Shown one piece after another: positions 27,985 through 38,564 of a stretch of DNA of 64,000 nucleotides. Position 1 is the stretch's first letter; the number at the start of each line of letters is the position of its first letter. Position numbers and translations under genes: made by a program. The notes beneath the pieces were generated by a model, which did no database searches, was not told where the DNA came from, and worked only from the letters and a program-made list of their open reading frames with translations. Origin of the DNA: a virus. Location: IMG/VR virus record IMGVR_UViG_3300050013_000065, positions 11,484 through 75,483 of that record; one strand, 5' to 3'.

Positions 27985-30222
27985 TTAGTTGATTGTGAAG
28001 TTTCCAGAGATGACCACATTGCCAGTAATTTGTGGTGGCATTAGGGACGCTGATGAATAGCAGGTTGCCGCGTTAAACGAGATTGGAGATCCCGCACCGC
28101 CGTAGCTGCCACCCGATGTGCCCAGATAGCAAGCCTGTGCCGGAATGGATGTCGTCTCCGAAACGTGCCCGCCGGGTCCGCTCCCTCCGGTAACGTCCGG
28201 GCCAATAGCTGGGTACGGAAGCGATCCCCACCACGAAGGTTTGGCGCTTAAATAAAAAGACGCCGGAAGGGTGTGCGTCAGGCCAGTGGTCCAATAGACG
28301 GAGTTGGAGATGTCGCCGTAGTTTCCGTGCAGCAGCGAAGTGGAATAAGCCAGCGTTGAATCCAACGCCCAGGTGCCGTCGTCTCCGGCCTCTCCGTAGC
28401 CGAAGGCGTAATCGTACATGATGGAGTCGTAGGATCGAGAGCCGGGCCACTGGAGAACATCAGTTTGTGGAGAGCCAGAGTTGTAGACTGTTACTCCCTC
28501 CCCCCCATAACCGAGGTTATTGATTTGCCAAGCGCTTCCTACTACGTTACCAAGCAGGTTGGTCCCAAGCGTAAGATACGAGATGTTGACTGCTCGCCCG
28601 CCTTGGAACTGGTAGCAGGACTTTCCGCTTGTTATGCCGGTGCAAGGAACCGCCGCCCCTCCCGCGCTGACCGCGTTCCGGCCTGCGGCAATGGGATTGT
28701 TGACCGCCATAGACCCTGTTGTCCAGTTCCGATAATAGGTCGAGTGAATCGAGGTTCCCCAAATTGAATCTGGCTGGAACTCTTGCAGGATGTTCCCCTC
28801 AAACAAGTTGAACTCAGGATGCGCGCCGTGGAACTCAATTGCCCCAGTCACGAAATCAACGCTCCCCACATCGAAGGGAGCTTGGATGAAGTTGTAGGAA
28901 ACCACATTTCCAGATGCACCTTTTTCAAGGTTGATACCTATGTGCAACCGCTCCAATATGTTGTTGTCGAAGAGAAGTAGCGATGTCTTGGAGTCAATTT
29001 GGACGCAGGAATCGTAAGTTCCAGAAGTGTGCAAGATCGCGTTCGAGAAATAACTTTGTGTGATTTCGCCGCCGTAATCCCAACTTGCCAGAACGTGATC
29101 CGCGTCTGTGTAGTTGTCTTCGACGCCGGAAACAAAGCAATACTCGCACTGATTGATTGAGATATTCGGGCCAACAAGGGTATCCGTCCCACCGTTCACA
29201 GTGTAAAGTTGCAGGTTCTTCACGCCCGCTTCGACGGTTGGCGTGAAGGGAGTAGCCAGAGGGCTGGTCGTGGTGCCTGCGCCGAGGTCAAGCCAGTTAC
29301 AGGTTCCGTCTGTGAACTGACTTCCATTTGTGGGGAAGCTGGACGCGGATGTTCCGCTCACGCAGTTATAGTTCGCGGTGCCGTAATTCGCTCCGCTGCC
29401 TGGACTGATGACGTTGAAGTAGATGTGTCCCTTCGTCGTGACATTCTGGCCTTCATAGTAGGTCGTGCTCGCCACCCACGAGGGCAGTGTCGTTCCATAA
29501 GTCCAGTACAGACCGGGCGAGATTGTGACGGTTGTCCCGCTCACATTCGTGACCTTGACCGTCTGACCGCTTGACCTGCTACCGTTGTAGTTGTCGCAGA
29601 AGTTGCAGAATCCCTCCGAGCCGGTCGAGTTGACGTTGTTTGACGCGCTGTTCAACTCCGAGATGGAGAGCAGAGAGCCTACAGAAATATGCGCAGCACT
29701 GGCTACTGCGATGCTCGTAGACCCTGCCGACAGTCCGCCAGTAATTGCCGTATCGTTCGCTGTAGACGGAGCAGCCGGAGAGCCGCCCGACATTGGCGCG
29801 CCAAGATTGATCTCGCCGTTCCCACTGGTACTGGTGAATTGCAGGATGGTAGAGTTCGCGCCCTGGCCGTTCAGGTAGCAATAGCTGGAGGGAATGAGTG
29901 GACCGGATAGGACAAACGTTCCTGCCGCCAAGTTGACGTACTTGACTGCTCCGGAAGATCCGCCGCAAGCCGCCAGTGCCGCATTGATCGCGGAGGTCTG
30001 GTCTGAGCCAGTAGCCGCGATTGTGCTGCCCGTCTGCGTACCTGTGGGGACGCCACCCGGGATGCCCGACCCGCTCCAGTCCACCGCACATCCGGACGGT
30101 GTAGCTCCCGTGCAGGTTCCCGAGCCAGGCGGGTAAAGCAATCCGCTCCACAACTGTGAAAAGCAGGGCTTCGCAGAGACCGCAGAGAGGGAGAGAAGAA
30201 GGAAAAAGAGAAATTTCTTCAT
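27985..30222 (-). CDS. Pectin-lyase-like beta-helix protein with signal peptide (putative depolymerase/RBP)
   Basis: MKKFLFFLLLSLSAVSA; DQTSAINAAL...VNLAAGTF...L.GQGANSTIL; Asn-ladder repeats. Confidence 0.7.
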   Translation of the reverse strand: MKKFLFFLLLSLSAVSAKPCFSQLWSGLLYPPGSGTCTGATPSGCAVDWSGSGIPGGVPTGTQTGSTIAATGSDQTSAINAALAACGGSSGAVKYVNLAAGTFVLSGPLIPSSYCYLNGQGANSTILQFTSTSGNGEINLGAPMSGGSPAAPSTANDTAITGGLSAGSTSIAVASAAHISVGSLLSISELNSASNNVNSTGSEGFCNFCDNYNGSRSSGQTVKVTNVSGTTVTISPGLYWTYGTTLPSWVASTTYYEGQNVTTKGHIYFNVISPGSGANYGTANYNCVSGTSASSFPTNGSQFTDGTCNWLDLGAGTTTSPLATPFTPTVEAGVKNLQLYTVNGGTDTLVGPNISINQCEYCFVSGVEDNYTDADHVLASWDYGGEITQSYFSNAILHTSGTYDSCVQIDSKTSLLLFDNNILERLHIGINLEKGASGNVVSYNFIQAPFDVGSVDFVTGAIEFHGAHPEFNLFEGNILQEFQPDSIWGTSIHSTYYRNWTTGSMAVNNPIAAGRNAVSAGGAAVPCTGITSGKSCYQFQGGRAVNISYLTLGTNLLGNVVGSAWQINNLGYGGEGVTVYNSGSPQTDVLQWPGSRSYDSIMYDYAFGYGEAGDDGTWALDSTLAYSTSLLHGNYGDISNSVYWTTGLTHTLPASFYLSAKPSWWGSLPYPAIGPDVTGGSGPGGHVSETTSIPAQACYLGTSGGSYGGAGSPISFNAATCYSSASLMPPQITGNVVISGNFTIN

Positions 30223-33014
30223 TTCACCACCCACGCGCTTCCGTTGCAAAAGGCTGGCTCAGTGTACCCTCCGCCACCTGGAGAGATAGCGGCACCCCAA
30301 GTATCAGTCGGCGCATCGTTGACGCTTGCACGCATTCCAGTATAGGTGGAACTGCACGGATAAGCCGCATTCAGGGTGGAATAGCTGACTACGGGGAGTT
30401 GGATTGTAGCGGTCCCGCTTCCAGTGCCTTTGTACCCAGGAGCCGCAATCGTCTCTGTTGAGGTAATCGTGCTTACTGTAGTCACACCATCATCAATATG
30501 ACTGGTGCCCCAGGCACTTGACCCCGCATATAGCGGATAGTAGTTGGTTTGCGTTGGCCACGTCATGCCGCTGCACGCTGCCCACGATCTTATGCCTGAG
30601 CCGTTGTCGTATAAACAGCCCGGTGTACCTGTAGCTGAAGGCGCAAGCTGCACATACCCCGTTGCTGGACCCTGATTGCCAAGTGCCGTCGAGGGAATGA
30701 CCGTGCCATTGGCGTTGGTGTAGTTTGAAAACAGCACATTTGGCGGCGTGGATGAGGCCGTTTGATTCCCGCTGAGATACGGATTCGTCGCGCTCCCGCT
30801 ATTGATCGGCGTCGTCACCCCAGACCACAAAACGTTATCGACAATCTGAGGCCGCGTTCCCTCTGTAAGTATGCCTGTGCCACTGTTGGTGATCGTGTTG
30901 GCCCGGAATATCTGGTCGGTGCCTCGATCAGAGATTCCGTATAGGCTCACTCCTTTGATCTTGTTAGCGGTGAAGCTGCTGTTCGCTCCCAGCGCTATAA
31001 TGCCAAAATTCATCCCTGAAACCGTGCTGCCGTCTCCATAGCCATCTATGCTGACGCCGGTCACATTGACGTTATTCGTATTGACCCCAAAGTAAATACC
31101 CGAATTACCGCCAGTTAAAGACGGAGCATAGACAGAGCCTCCCGTGATATTGATGTCAGCGTCATAGCCTTGGAAGTAGTACCCTAAACCGGTCGGAGAC
31201 ATCCAAATATCGTTGTTCCCGAAGGTGCATTTGTAGCAGTTAGAGACTGAGGTTCCCGTGTCACCGATGCCTGAATGCCCGGCATTCCTTATCGTGTTCC
31301 CGGTCACGTTGATGTGCTCCGCACCCTTGAGATTGATCCCGTTTCCGTAGCCACCAGTAAGGTTTTCAAAGGTGTTTCCAGTAATCGATGTAGAGTACAC
31401 CCCCGCCAGTGAAACCCCGTCGCTGATTGGGTTTCCACTACAAACATTCCCTGTTATAGTGCCTCCCCACACAGCGGACAGCCCAATGCAGGATTGCGGC
31501 AAAGAAGATGCCGATAGGTTCTGATCGCACTGCGAAAGGGTGTTGTGTTCGACGGTGGGAGTCGCAACGCCCTGCAAATAAATGCATCCTCCCGCCGTAT
31601 TGGTTATAATGTTTCCAATAATCTGCGGAGAGGAGATCGCGTGCTTCAAACTTGCGTTCGGCGAAGAGATGGAGTCATCCGGCGCGGTTTGTGCCCAGGT
31701 GAAGGTTGTTCCGGTCACGCCTGTAAGTGTGAATACTCCGTTGAAATCCGTTCCGTTCGGTCCAAACTGACTCTGCGTAACTAGGACCTGCATCCCGCTT
31801 GTGAAAGTGAACGATGGGGCGCTAGGCAGTATCGCCGTGACCACATTCGATGTGCGCGAGATGCTGGATAGCACGTCGGTTCCACTGATCTCGTAGTACA
31901 CGATCCCATAGCCCTGCCCGACTCCATCGGCAGAGTTATACATATCGTTCTGGTCGATAACGTTGTTTTCAGCATCGCATTCGGTACAGTTATAAAGTCC
32001 GAAGGAAATCCCAGTGTTTGATGAGAACACTCGATTGTTGCGAAGGTGCAGCCGGGTTGTAAATTTGTTGTCGTAATTGGTCCAAACGTCATATCCTTGC
32101 GGATTTGTCCCGCCGGTCGGACCTACGCCGTTTGCTGTGAAAATGTTGCGCTCTACCCACAAATCCGATGATCCATTCCCAATTATAAGGGCACCAGAAT
32201 AGCCACTGCCGACACCTACTTGAGTTCCCGCTTGCGTGATAGTGTTGTCGTGAAAGCGGAATTGGCTTACCCCGTAGGCTTGCACTGTAAATCTTCCAGT
32301 CGTTCCCTCAAACGTGATCCCATCCACTTCCACGTTTGAACCAGTGAACGTGATTCCGTTCGTATTGCTGAACTGGATGAACGCGCAATCCCTTCCTGCG
32401 CCATGCAGATGCATGTTGGTACTAGATAATGACCTTGCTGTCAAGGTCCACGTACCGCACGGTAGGTTGATGGTAATGTTTGAACCAAGCGCTAGGTCGG
32501 CGGCAAGCTCTGCGGATGTGGTTGGGGTGTAGGTAATGTTGGTTTGAGCACTGACCGAAACGCCAGCCACGAGGGTGCCTGAGAACGATGCGCTGGTGCC
32601 GTTGACTACGTTTGGGGTTGTGCTGCCCAAAACAGGCGGGGTGGCAAACAGGGCAACGGAGGACCCCGTGTTCTCACAAATGTTGGTGGTGGTATACGAC
32701 CCGGCTCCGGGGGAAGATACTGTTTCATCTACGCAGTAGTTCAAGGGAATATAGTAGTCGTAATTTCCGTTTGCGTCCGATGTTACAGATCCTGATGCGA
32801 TTTGGGAGGTAAGCAGCGGGTCTCTGTAAATAGTAGCTAAAAGTCCCGTCGCCGCGCTGGTAACATGGATAGTTCCACGCGGGACTATTTGAGCGTAGGC
32901 CCCCGAGGTTCCTCGCTGGAGAAGCTGGTTAACTCTATGATATCCGGTAGTGACTTGGCCAAACGCGCAAGTAGTCCAGATAATGGACAAAATGATGGTA
33001 AGGGTTTTCTGCAC
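30219..33014 (-). CDS. Tailspike-like right-handed beta-helix protein with signal peptide
   Basis: MQKTLTIILSIIWTTCAFG-Q; head domain shared with 53369-56074; many ITGN.. beta-helix repeats. Confidence 0.72.
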   Translation of the reverse strand: MQKTLTIILSIIWTTCAFGQVTTGYHRVNQLLQRGTSGAYAQIVPRGTIHVTSAATGLLATIYRDPLLTSQIASGSVTSDANGNYDYYIPLNYCVDETVSSPGAGSYTTTNICENTGSSVALFATPPVLGSTTPNVVNGTSASFSGTLVAGVSVSAQTNITYTPTTSAELAADLALGSNITINLPCGTWTLTARSLSSTNMHLHGAGRDCAFIQFSNTNGITFTGSNVEVDGITFEGTTGRFTVQAYGVSQFRFHDNTITQAGTQVGVGSGYSGALIIGNGSSDLWVERNIFTANGVGPTGGTNPQGYDVWTNYDNKFTTRLHLRNNRVFSSNTGISFGLYNCTECDAENNVIDQNDMYNSADGVGQGYGIVYYEISGTDVLSSISRTSNVVTAILPSAPSFTFTSGMQVLVTQSQFGPNGTDFNGVFTLTGVTGTTFTWAQTAPDDSISSPNASLKHAISSPQIIGNIITNTAGGCIYLQGVATPTVEHNTLSQCDQNLSASSLPQSCIGLSAVWGGTITGNVCSGNPISDGVSLAGVYSTSITGNTFENLTGGYGNGINLKGAEHINVTGNTIRNAGHSGIGDTGTSVSNCYKCTFGNNDIWMSPTGLGYYFQGYDADINITGGSVYAPSLTGGNSGIYFGVNTNNVNVTGVSIDGYGDGSTVSGMNFGIIALGANSSFTANKIKGVSLYGISDRGTDQIFRANTITNSGTGILTEGTRPQIVDNVLWSGVTTPINSGSATNPYLSGNQTASSTPPNVLFSNYTNANGTVIPSTALGNQGPATGYVQLAPSATGTPGCLYDNGSGIRSWAACSGMTWPTQTNYYPLYAGSSAWGTSHIDDGVTTVSTITSTETIAAPGYKGTGSGTATIQLPVVSYSTLNAAYPCSSTYTGMRASVNDAPTDTWGAAISPGGGGYTEPAFCNGSAWVVK

Positions 33015-33015
33015 T

Positions 33016-33726
33016 TTATCGTCCTTGTTGAACCTTGTTCATTTCTCTGATACTGTTGACGCGGTCTTGAAGCCAGATGTTCTTTTGACTCTCAGTCAGC
33101 CCCTCGGATACGTTTGCTAACTCTGTGTAAAACAGTTGCATTGTTCCTTGAAATCGAGGATCATTCATGTACTGGAAAGACAAGGCGTCGAATCCCATGT
33201 TATATATGTATGACATATAGTCGGGGATCGGTGCCCACGTTTGAGTTGCCACTGTAAATAGGGGCGCAGCTTTCTGCCACTCCACTACAATGTTATACTC
33301 ATCATCAGGAGGCGGAAACAGTCGGAATACAATGTTTCCCGAGTCGTCATCATACTGGGCAGCAATACGTGCCGGTTCGTTTTGGAGGGACTCCCCACCG
33401 GAGACTAGGCCGACCTGTAGCTCAAAGGCTCGGAAGCCATCGGCCACATCGTATCCAACCGCTTTCTCGATCCATCCAAAGTTGGGGAGTGAAACCGGGT
33501 AATCAGAAACTCCTGGGGTAGTTGTAAACGTCGGGGCCGTAGGAGTTGCCGTAGAGTTCCTGTTCCATCTCCACGCGAATGGAGGCGCTAGTATTGTCTG
33601 CATAACCCAGTCTGCGTTTGAGAACGCGGGATCGTTCGCCGTATTAGACGCAAACGTCAAAGGAGCCAGTCTAATAAACTGGCTACTTCTGTTTATCGTC
33701 CTTTGAAGCTGAATTGTACTTGCCAT
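33016..33726 (-). CDS. Head-tail adaptor-like protein
   Basis: ADWVMQTIL..PFAWRWNR...FRLFPPPD..Y...PIPD; paralog of 26362-27462. Confidence 0.55.
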   Translation of the reverse strand: MASTIQLQRTINRSSQFIRLAPLTFASNTANDPAFSNADWVMQTILAPPFAWRWNRNSTATPTAPTFTTTPGVSDYPVSLPNFGWIEKAVGYDVADGFRAFELQVGLVSGGESLQNEPARIAAQYDDDSGNIVFRLFPPPDDEYNIVVEWQKAAPLFTVATQTWAPIPDYMSYIYNMGFDALSFQYMNDPRFQGTMQLFYTELANVSEGLTESQKNIWLQDRVNSIREMNKVQQGR

Positions 33727-34138
33727 GTTTTACCTTGGGAAAAGGAGGGATAATATCTTCGGGGAGGGTCTTCAGAAACGCCATCGTCAGCTTTTGGGTT
33801 TGCTGTTCGAGTGTTCTCATGAATAGAGGAGTTGTTGTGCTCGATAGATAGGGTTCCATACAGTCCTGAAAAGGGTCAAGAAAAATGTGAACCAATTCGT
33901 GAACAATCGACATTACGAGAAGATTACCTTCTCCCTCTTCGAAATCTATCTTCGACTGCTGGTAGAGAGTAATAGTCGAAAACTGGTAAGGAGAATTTAT
34001 GTTGTTGTCCGCGTAGCACCCGCTCTTGGATTCCTCGTTTCTGAATTCAACGTGGATGGTCCACCCGGCGAGGTCAAAATACTCGGACACATTCTTTACG
34101 AACTGAGTTACCCAACTTTCGTAAGACAGGTTTTTCAC
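33683..34138 (-). CDS. Putative zinc metallopeptidase-like protein
   Basis: IVHELVH (HExxH) motif. Confidence 0.5.
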   Translation of the reverse strand: MKNLSYESWVTQFVKNVSEYFDLAGWTIHVEFRNEESKSGCYADNNINSPYQFSTITLYQQSKIDFEEGEGNLLVMSIVHELVHIFLDPFQDCMEPYLSSTTTPLFMRTLEQQTQKLTMAFLKTLPEDIIPPFPKVKHGKYNSASKDDKQK

Positions 34139-34159
34139 TCGGGCCTCGTTTAGATGGGA

Positions 34160-34768
34160 TTAATCGTCGTCTCGTAAAAAGGAATCATGCGCCGCTTGCA
34201 CTGGGTTACTGAACCGACGTTCTGTTCCGGCGGTAGACAGCTTATTGATGGAAGCTTTTCTGCGCCAATACACGTAGTCGTGACCTTGCGCGTCAACTGG
34301 GTCTTCTGGGTGGAACAACCTGCCACAAGTAGTGCAAATACCAACATCTATTCCAATGTCTGTTCTGTGCCAAACAATACAAGTCTTTCCATGAACTTCC
34401 GGAACTTCTCCCAGACTTCCAGCAACGTGGTCGCACAAATTCTGCCCACGTTTCTTGGTTTCTTTCTGTCGCCGGGACAGTTCCCTCGCCTGCTCGTAGA
34501 ACATTCTATCGTTCTCTTCCCGGGCTAGTTGTTCTTTTGACTTCAGAACTTCACGAGGCTTAGTAGTCTCCAAAATAGCTTCAGCGAGTTTAGCATTTGC
34601 TTCTGCGGCGGCGGTTTGGGAGGCGAGCAACTGCTGTTGCATCGAGGCGATTAGCGTGAACAGAGCGTCTGTAGAAATAGGTGTTACGCGGCTATTGAAA
34701 GTCTGAGGGGTTTCCTCAACGGCTTCGGTTTCTTCATTTTGGTTCTTGGGTGGTCTTCCTGCGGGCAT
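34160..34768 (-). CDS. Hypothetical protein with Cys/His Zn-binding domain
   Basis: CDHVAG...IVWH..D.G...GICTTC.R; AGGAG RBS; domain shared with 47093-47878. Confidence 0.7.
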   Translation of the reverse strand: MPAGRPPKNQNEETEAVEETPQTFNSRVTPISTDALFTLIASMQQQLLASQTAAAEANAKLAEAILETTKPREVLKSKEQLAREENDRMFYEQARELSRRQKETKKRGQNLCDHVAGSLGEVPEVHGKTCIVWHRTDIGIDVGICTTCGRLFHPEDPVDAQGHDYVYWRRKASINKLSTAGTERRFSNPVQAAHDSFLRDDD

Positions 34769-35369
34769 ACATTCTCCTATGGCTAATCCAAGCCAAACGG
34801 GTTGTCCATTAATCGGACTGGTTAAGCAATTTTCTTTGCGTTACGGTGGTTGTTCAGTTTCTTGTACCAAAGCGAATTGACGCCACCCGAAGGGGGTCCG
34901 AATTCCTTTTCACACTGTTCTTCTGTTAGGAACAAAGAACATTCTATCGTTCTCTTCCCGGGCTAGTTGTTCTTTTGACTTCAGAACTTCACGAGGCTTA
35001 GTAGTCTCCAAAATAGCTTCAGCGAGTTTAGCATTTGCTTCTGCGGCGGCGGTTTGGGAGGCGAGCAACTGCTGTTGCATCGAGGCGATTAGCGTGAACA
35101 GAGCGTCTGTAGAAATAGGTGTTACGCGGCTATTGAAAGTCTGAGGGGTTTCCTCAACGGCTTCGGTTTCTTCATTTTGGTTCTTGGGTGGTCTTCCTGC
35201 GGGCATACATTCTCCTATGGCTAATCCAAGCCAAACGGGTTGTCCATTAATCGGACTGGTTAAGCAATTTTCTTTGCGTTACGGTGGTTGTTCAGTTTCT
35301 TGTACCAAAGCGAATTGACGCCACCCGAAGGGGGTCCGAATTCCTTTTCACACTGTTCTTCTGTTAGGA
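34498..35369. repeat. 434-bp direct tandem duplication (34498-34931 = 34936-35369)
   Basis: Apparently identical copies at offset 438; they generate the truncated duplicate ORF 34910-35206. Confidence 0.9.
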
Positions 35370-35952
35370 TGTTGTTTTCAATGAACCTGAGAAGCACAGA
35401 TCGCCAACCAATATCGATACAACGAATCATCACATCTCGTTCGTTGAATTCGTATCTTGAATACTCGGGCCGAACGCCCAAAGTGATGTACCCAAGATAC
35501 TTGAAGCTGTTATTGGACCACTCTGGCTTATTAATTCCTGAGGTTGCATAGAGCGCTAGATCGACAACCACACCATTTATCATTACACCGCCTTGCGCCA
35601 CGTACAATTGTGGGTAGACGTGTAACAGTTTCTGTAGGAACAAAGAACATTCTATCGGTCTTCCGGGCCGGTCGTCAATGATGTCAAGAGTATCTGCGTG
35701 TCTCTGCCGTCTCGTCCCCTCGGAATTATAGTTCATCTCTTGGAGTCGGGCCGTATGCTCTTTAATGCTCAGCTTCGGTTGTTTCAGGCAGTTATAGCAC
35801 TGGGGACCATATCCGGATTTATAGGTCGAGTTCTTCGGAAAGAACCCACCCGAAAATGTCAGCAATCTGTGGCATGACGCACACTCAGCTCCGAGAATGT
35901 CATCAGAAACTCCAGCATCGTAATCTATGACATCAAACTCGTCTATGATCAT
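35260..35952 (-). CDS. Hypothetical protein with N-terminal Zn finger
   Basis: CASC...CYNC; ATGA overlap with the upstream gene. Confidence 0.7.
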   Translation of the reverse strand: MIIDEFDVIDYDAGVSDDILGAECASCHRLLTFSGGFFPKNSTYKSGYGPQCYNCLKQPKLSIKEHTARLQEMNYNSEGTRRQRHADTLDIIDDRPGRPIECSLFLQKLLHVYPQLYVAQGGVMINGVVVDLALYATSGINKPEWSNNSFKYLGYITLGVRPEYSRYEFNERDVMIRCIDIGWRSVLLRFIENNILTEEQCEKEFGPPSGGVNSLWYKKLNNHRNAKKIA

Positions 35953-36212
35953 TGGTTTGGCACCCACAACTTACTAGGCTCTGGTTTGTTTGGATCGGGG
36001 AAAGCTTCGTTCAACTTAGCTTCGATGGTTTTAACCACGGACTCGGCTAACTGGTTGTCCTCGAAGTTGTCGGCGTGAGCTGCAATCTCTCGTTCCAATG
36101 AGATTTCCCCCGAGGGTTGCCGAACGACTGCGGCAATTACATAACCGATGACGTTTTCGAAACCTCCGATGGGGTCTTCTTGTGCTCTTAGAACCGCGAT
36201 AGCAACTGACAT
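35949..36212 (-). CDS. Hypothetical protein
   Basis: AAGGA RBS before ATG 36212. Confidence 0.55.
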   Translation of the reverse strand: MSVAIAVLRAQEDPIGGFENVIGYVIAAVVRQPSGEISLEREIAAHADNFEDNQLAESVVKTIEAKLNEAFPDPNKPEPSKLWVPNQ

Positions 36213-36344
36213 TTGATTCCTTAGTCCATTATTCGGACAAGTTGTTGCGGGTGTTCTCGATATCTCACGTTTGGTTTTACTGAGAGACCCCGAGACCCGT
36301 GTACCCGCTCTGCGCATTACTACGTAGAGACACCCGCACGTCGT

Positions 36345-37037
36345 TTAGAACTGCGACAAGTTGAGTTCCACCGGAGTGATTGTGTTGGCCGCGCCTGTAT
36401 TGAACTTCACAGATTGGAAGAAGAACAAGTCAGTCGGAGAAGCGATTGTGATTGGAGTAAGGGCGGTACGCACCGTATAAGTTCCACCTACTGTTGCCTC
36501 AGCCCACCCATTCAGCAAGTGAGAAACAGCGTCCCAAACCAAATTGACCTGGATCAAGTAGTTGTAACTACCCGCCGCTAGGGTAGCAGAAGATAGAGCC
36601 GAGAAAATTGTATTCTTGGTAGTTAGCTGGGCACCGTTCGCGGCGGTAGCTTGGTACAAATTAATAGCGTGAGCGGTGGCCGAGTCAACTGCTGACGTAG
36701 TGAAATACCCAGACGCCTGCAAACAGAAAGGACGACCATTAAAGCTATTCGAGTTAAAGTACGGGCGCGCGCCTCGGTAATCCTGCCCAGGACGGCCTAG
36801 ATTGCCGCCCATGCTGCTCCCGTTTTCATTCTGATCTAGAGGAGCATTGCTCCCGATGATATCAGTCTGAAGGGGGGCGCGAACAAACGCGGCTACCCCC
36901 GTTGTAAGGGAGGAATCCGTGGCCATATTGACTACGGTCTCAGTGGTTCCTAGACCAGTTAGGGGAAGAAGATTGTTACGGTAGGTTGGGTTGCCCGTTA
37001 GGACGCCGGAAAGTCCGGCAAAGGTATCGCTATTCAT
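36345..37037 (-). CDS. Putative virion structural protein
   Basis: T/S/A/G-rich, beta-type composition; AAGGAG RBS; similar to 62023-62670. Confidence 0.55.
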   Translation of the reverse strand: MNSDTFAGLSGVLTGNPTYRNNLLPLTGLGTTETVVNMATDSSLTTGVAAFVRAPLQTDIIGSNAPLDQNENGSSMGGNLGRPGQDYRGARPYFNSNSFNGRPFCLQASGYFTTSAVDSATAHAINLYQATAANGAQLTTKNTIFSALSSATLAAGSYNYLIQVNLVWDAVSHLLNGWAEATVGGTYTVRTALTPITIASPTDLFFFQSVKFNTGAANTITPVELNLSQF

Positions 37038-37086
37038 GTAAAACTCCTTAGAGGTAGTTGGTTGATTATCTTTGCCACTACGGGCA

Positions 37087-37905
37087 CTAGGTTATCGTTT
37101 CTGCGTGTGTGCCAGAAATAAGAAGAGGTTTGAAGATTTGTTCCGCATTAAAATCTGGGTATTTATCTCCTTTGGCAAGATTATCCCCAGACCAAAGCGG
37201 CTGAAGATTCAGGTAGTAGCAAGCCAAAACAACATGTTGACGCTCCCCCAAGTCATAGGCGGACAAGGGAATTATGTGGTCTATGTTCCATCGATCCTCC
37301 CCTATTCCCCAGTTCTCCCAAGTCATTCCAGTTTGGAATTTAGATTCAAGGTGCGCCTTTAGTTCTTCTATAGAGCATCCTAAGTCTCGAACAGCCGATC
37401 CAGTCTTCGTGTTCGATTTAATTGCTTGGTTAAGGCGAGTACGTAAATCACAAGCGAGTTTATAGTTGAGGTCTTCTTCCTTCTTTTGTTTCTCAAACTC
37501 ATTCCTATGTCTACGATATTCGGGACTTTTACTCTTCTCTCTTTTATTAGCTTTATGCTCTTCGCTGGTATATCGTTTTCTACTTTTTTCTTTAGATTCA
37601 GGAAGATTTCGATACGCGGTATTTCTAGCAGATATTTCTGGTTTTAGTTGAATATATCTGTTTGCGTGGTACTCAGAAATTCGTTGTTTATGGATTTCGT
37701 AATACTCGTGATTCTTCTGCGAAAATCTTGAGAAATATTCCGGGTCTTGTTTCTTTTCTCGACGAGTTTGGTTACGGCAATCTTTACACCAAGAGTCTAA
37801 GCCGTTTTTCTTATTTTTATTTGCCCCAAAACAATCTCTACTTTTTCTCTCTTTGCACTTAGAGCAGAGCGCCGAGGTAGCTATTTCCAAGAATTCTGTT
37901 TCCAT
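37087..37905 (-). CDS. Free-standing HNH homing endonuclease
   Basis: LGCSIEELKAHLESKF..GMTWENWG...W.IDHIIPL...NLQPLW..DNL.KG; N-terminal Zn finger. Confidence 0.85.
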   Translation of the reverse strand: METEFLEIATSALCSKCKERKSRDCFGANKNKKNGLDSWCKDCRNQTRREKKQDPEYFSRFSQKNHEYYEIHKQRISEYHANRYIQLKPEISARNTAYRNLPESKEKSRKRYTSEEHKANKREKSKSPEYRRHRNEFEKQKKEEDLNYKLACDLRTRLNQAIKSNTKTGSAVRDLGCSIEELKAHLESKFQTGMTWENWGIGEDRWNIDHIIPLSAYDLGERQHVVLACYYLNLQPLWSGDNLAKGDKYPDFNAEQIFKPLLISGTHAETIT

Positions 37906-37928
37906 TATTCCTCTGAAAAATGAATATT

Positions 37929-38564
37929 TTACGAGATTGTTTCCGACCTCGTTCCCGGGGGTGTATTGGTCGGCCTGAAAATTGGATCTGCCACTACTTT
38001 TCCATTATTCAGGTAAATAGCAACGATTCCCCCCGGCTCTACCAAAATACTCTTGTGGTCGTTATACAGCATACTTCCAACTTCATGGACTATGCTACTA
38101 TGGGCAACCACAATAGTAGGAACTCCACATTTTAGAGCTATATCCACGGCCTCTGTGATGCAGGGCCTAATCCTACTTTTGAAGTTATTCAGCGATTCCC
38201 CGCCGGGTATATCTGTTGACGGGTGATCTATGAATACCTGTAATGCGGCTTCTGACTCTTTTGTTCTTAGTTTTCCGGAAAAATCCCCCACGTCAAGAGC
38301 GCGCAAACTTTCTGACCTATGTATGGGTAGTTTTGCCGATTTTCCTATCTCCTCAGCAGTTGTAGTGGCCCGGAGTCGGTCGGAACAAAATATATGGGAT
38401 ATTTCTACGGGTTCTAGAAGTTTGGCCACCATTTCCGCCTGTCGAATGCCGACACTATCTAAAGGCGGATTGCTATTGCCTCTAAAACATCCATCTGCAT
38501 TGAGCGTAGTCCTCCCGTGCCTAACGACGTAACACAGAACATTTGTTTTATCCGCTAGTTGCAT
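37929..38564 (-). CDS. Histidine phosphatase (phosphoglycerate mutase family)
   Basis: VVRHGRT..N...G, SDRLRA..TA, PGGES, VAHS. Confidence 0.88.
   Translation of the reverse strand: MQLADKTNVLCYVVRHGRTTLNADGCFRGNSNPPLDSVGIRQAEMVAKLLEPVEISHIFCSDRLRATTTAEEIGKSAKLPIHRSESLRALDVGDFSGKLRTKESEAALQVFIDHPSTDIPGGESLNNFKSRIRPCITEAVDIALKCGVPTIVVAHSSIVHEVGSMLYNDHKSILVEPGGIVAIYLNNGKVVADPIFRPTNTPPGTRSETIS

Noticed and set aside
27985-33014. Numerous overlapping ORFs in the GC-richer tailspike genes
   Set aside because: These are shadow ORFs of long genes, with no RBS or domain signal.
34910-35206. 98-aa ORF as an independent gene
   Set aside because: It is a truncated copy of 34160-34768 created by the tandem duplication, possibly an artefact.
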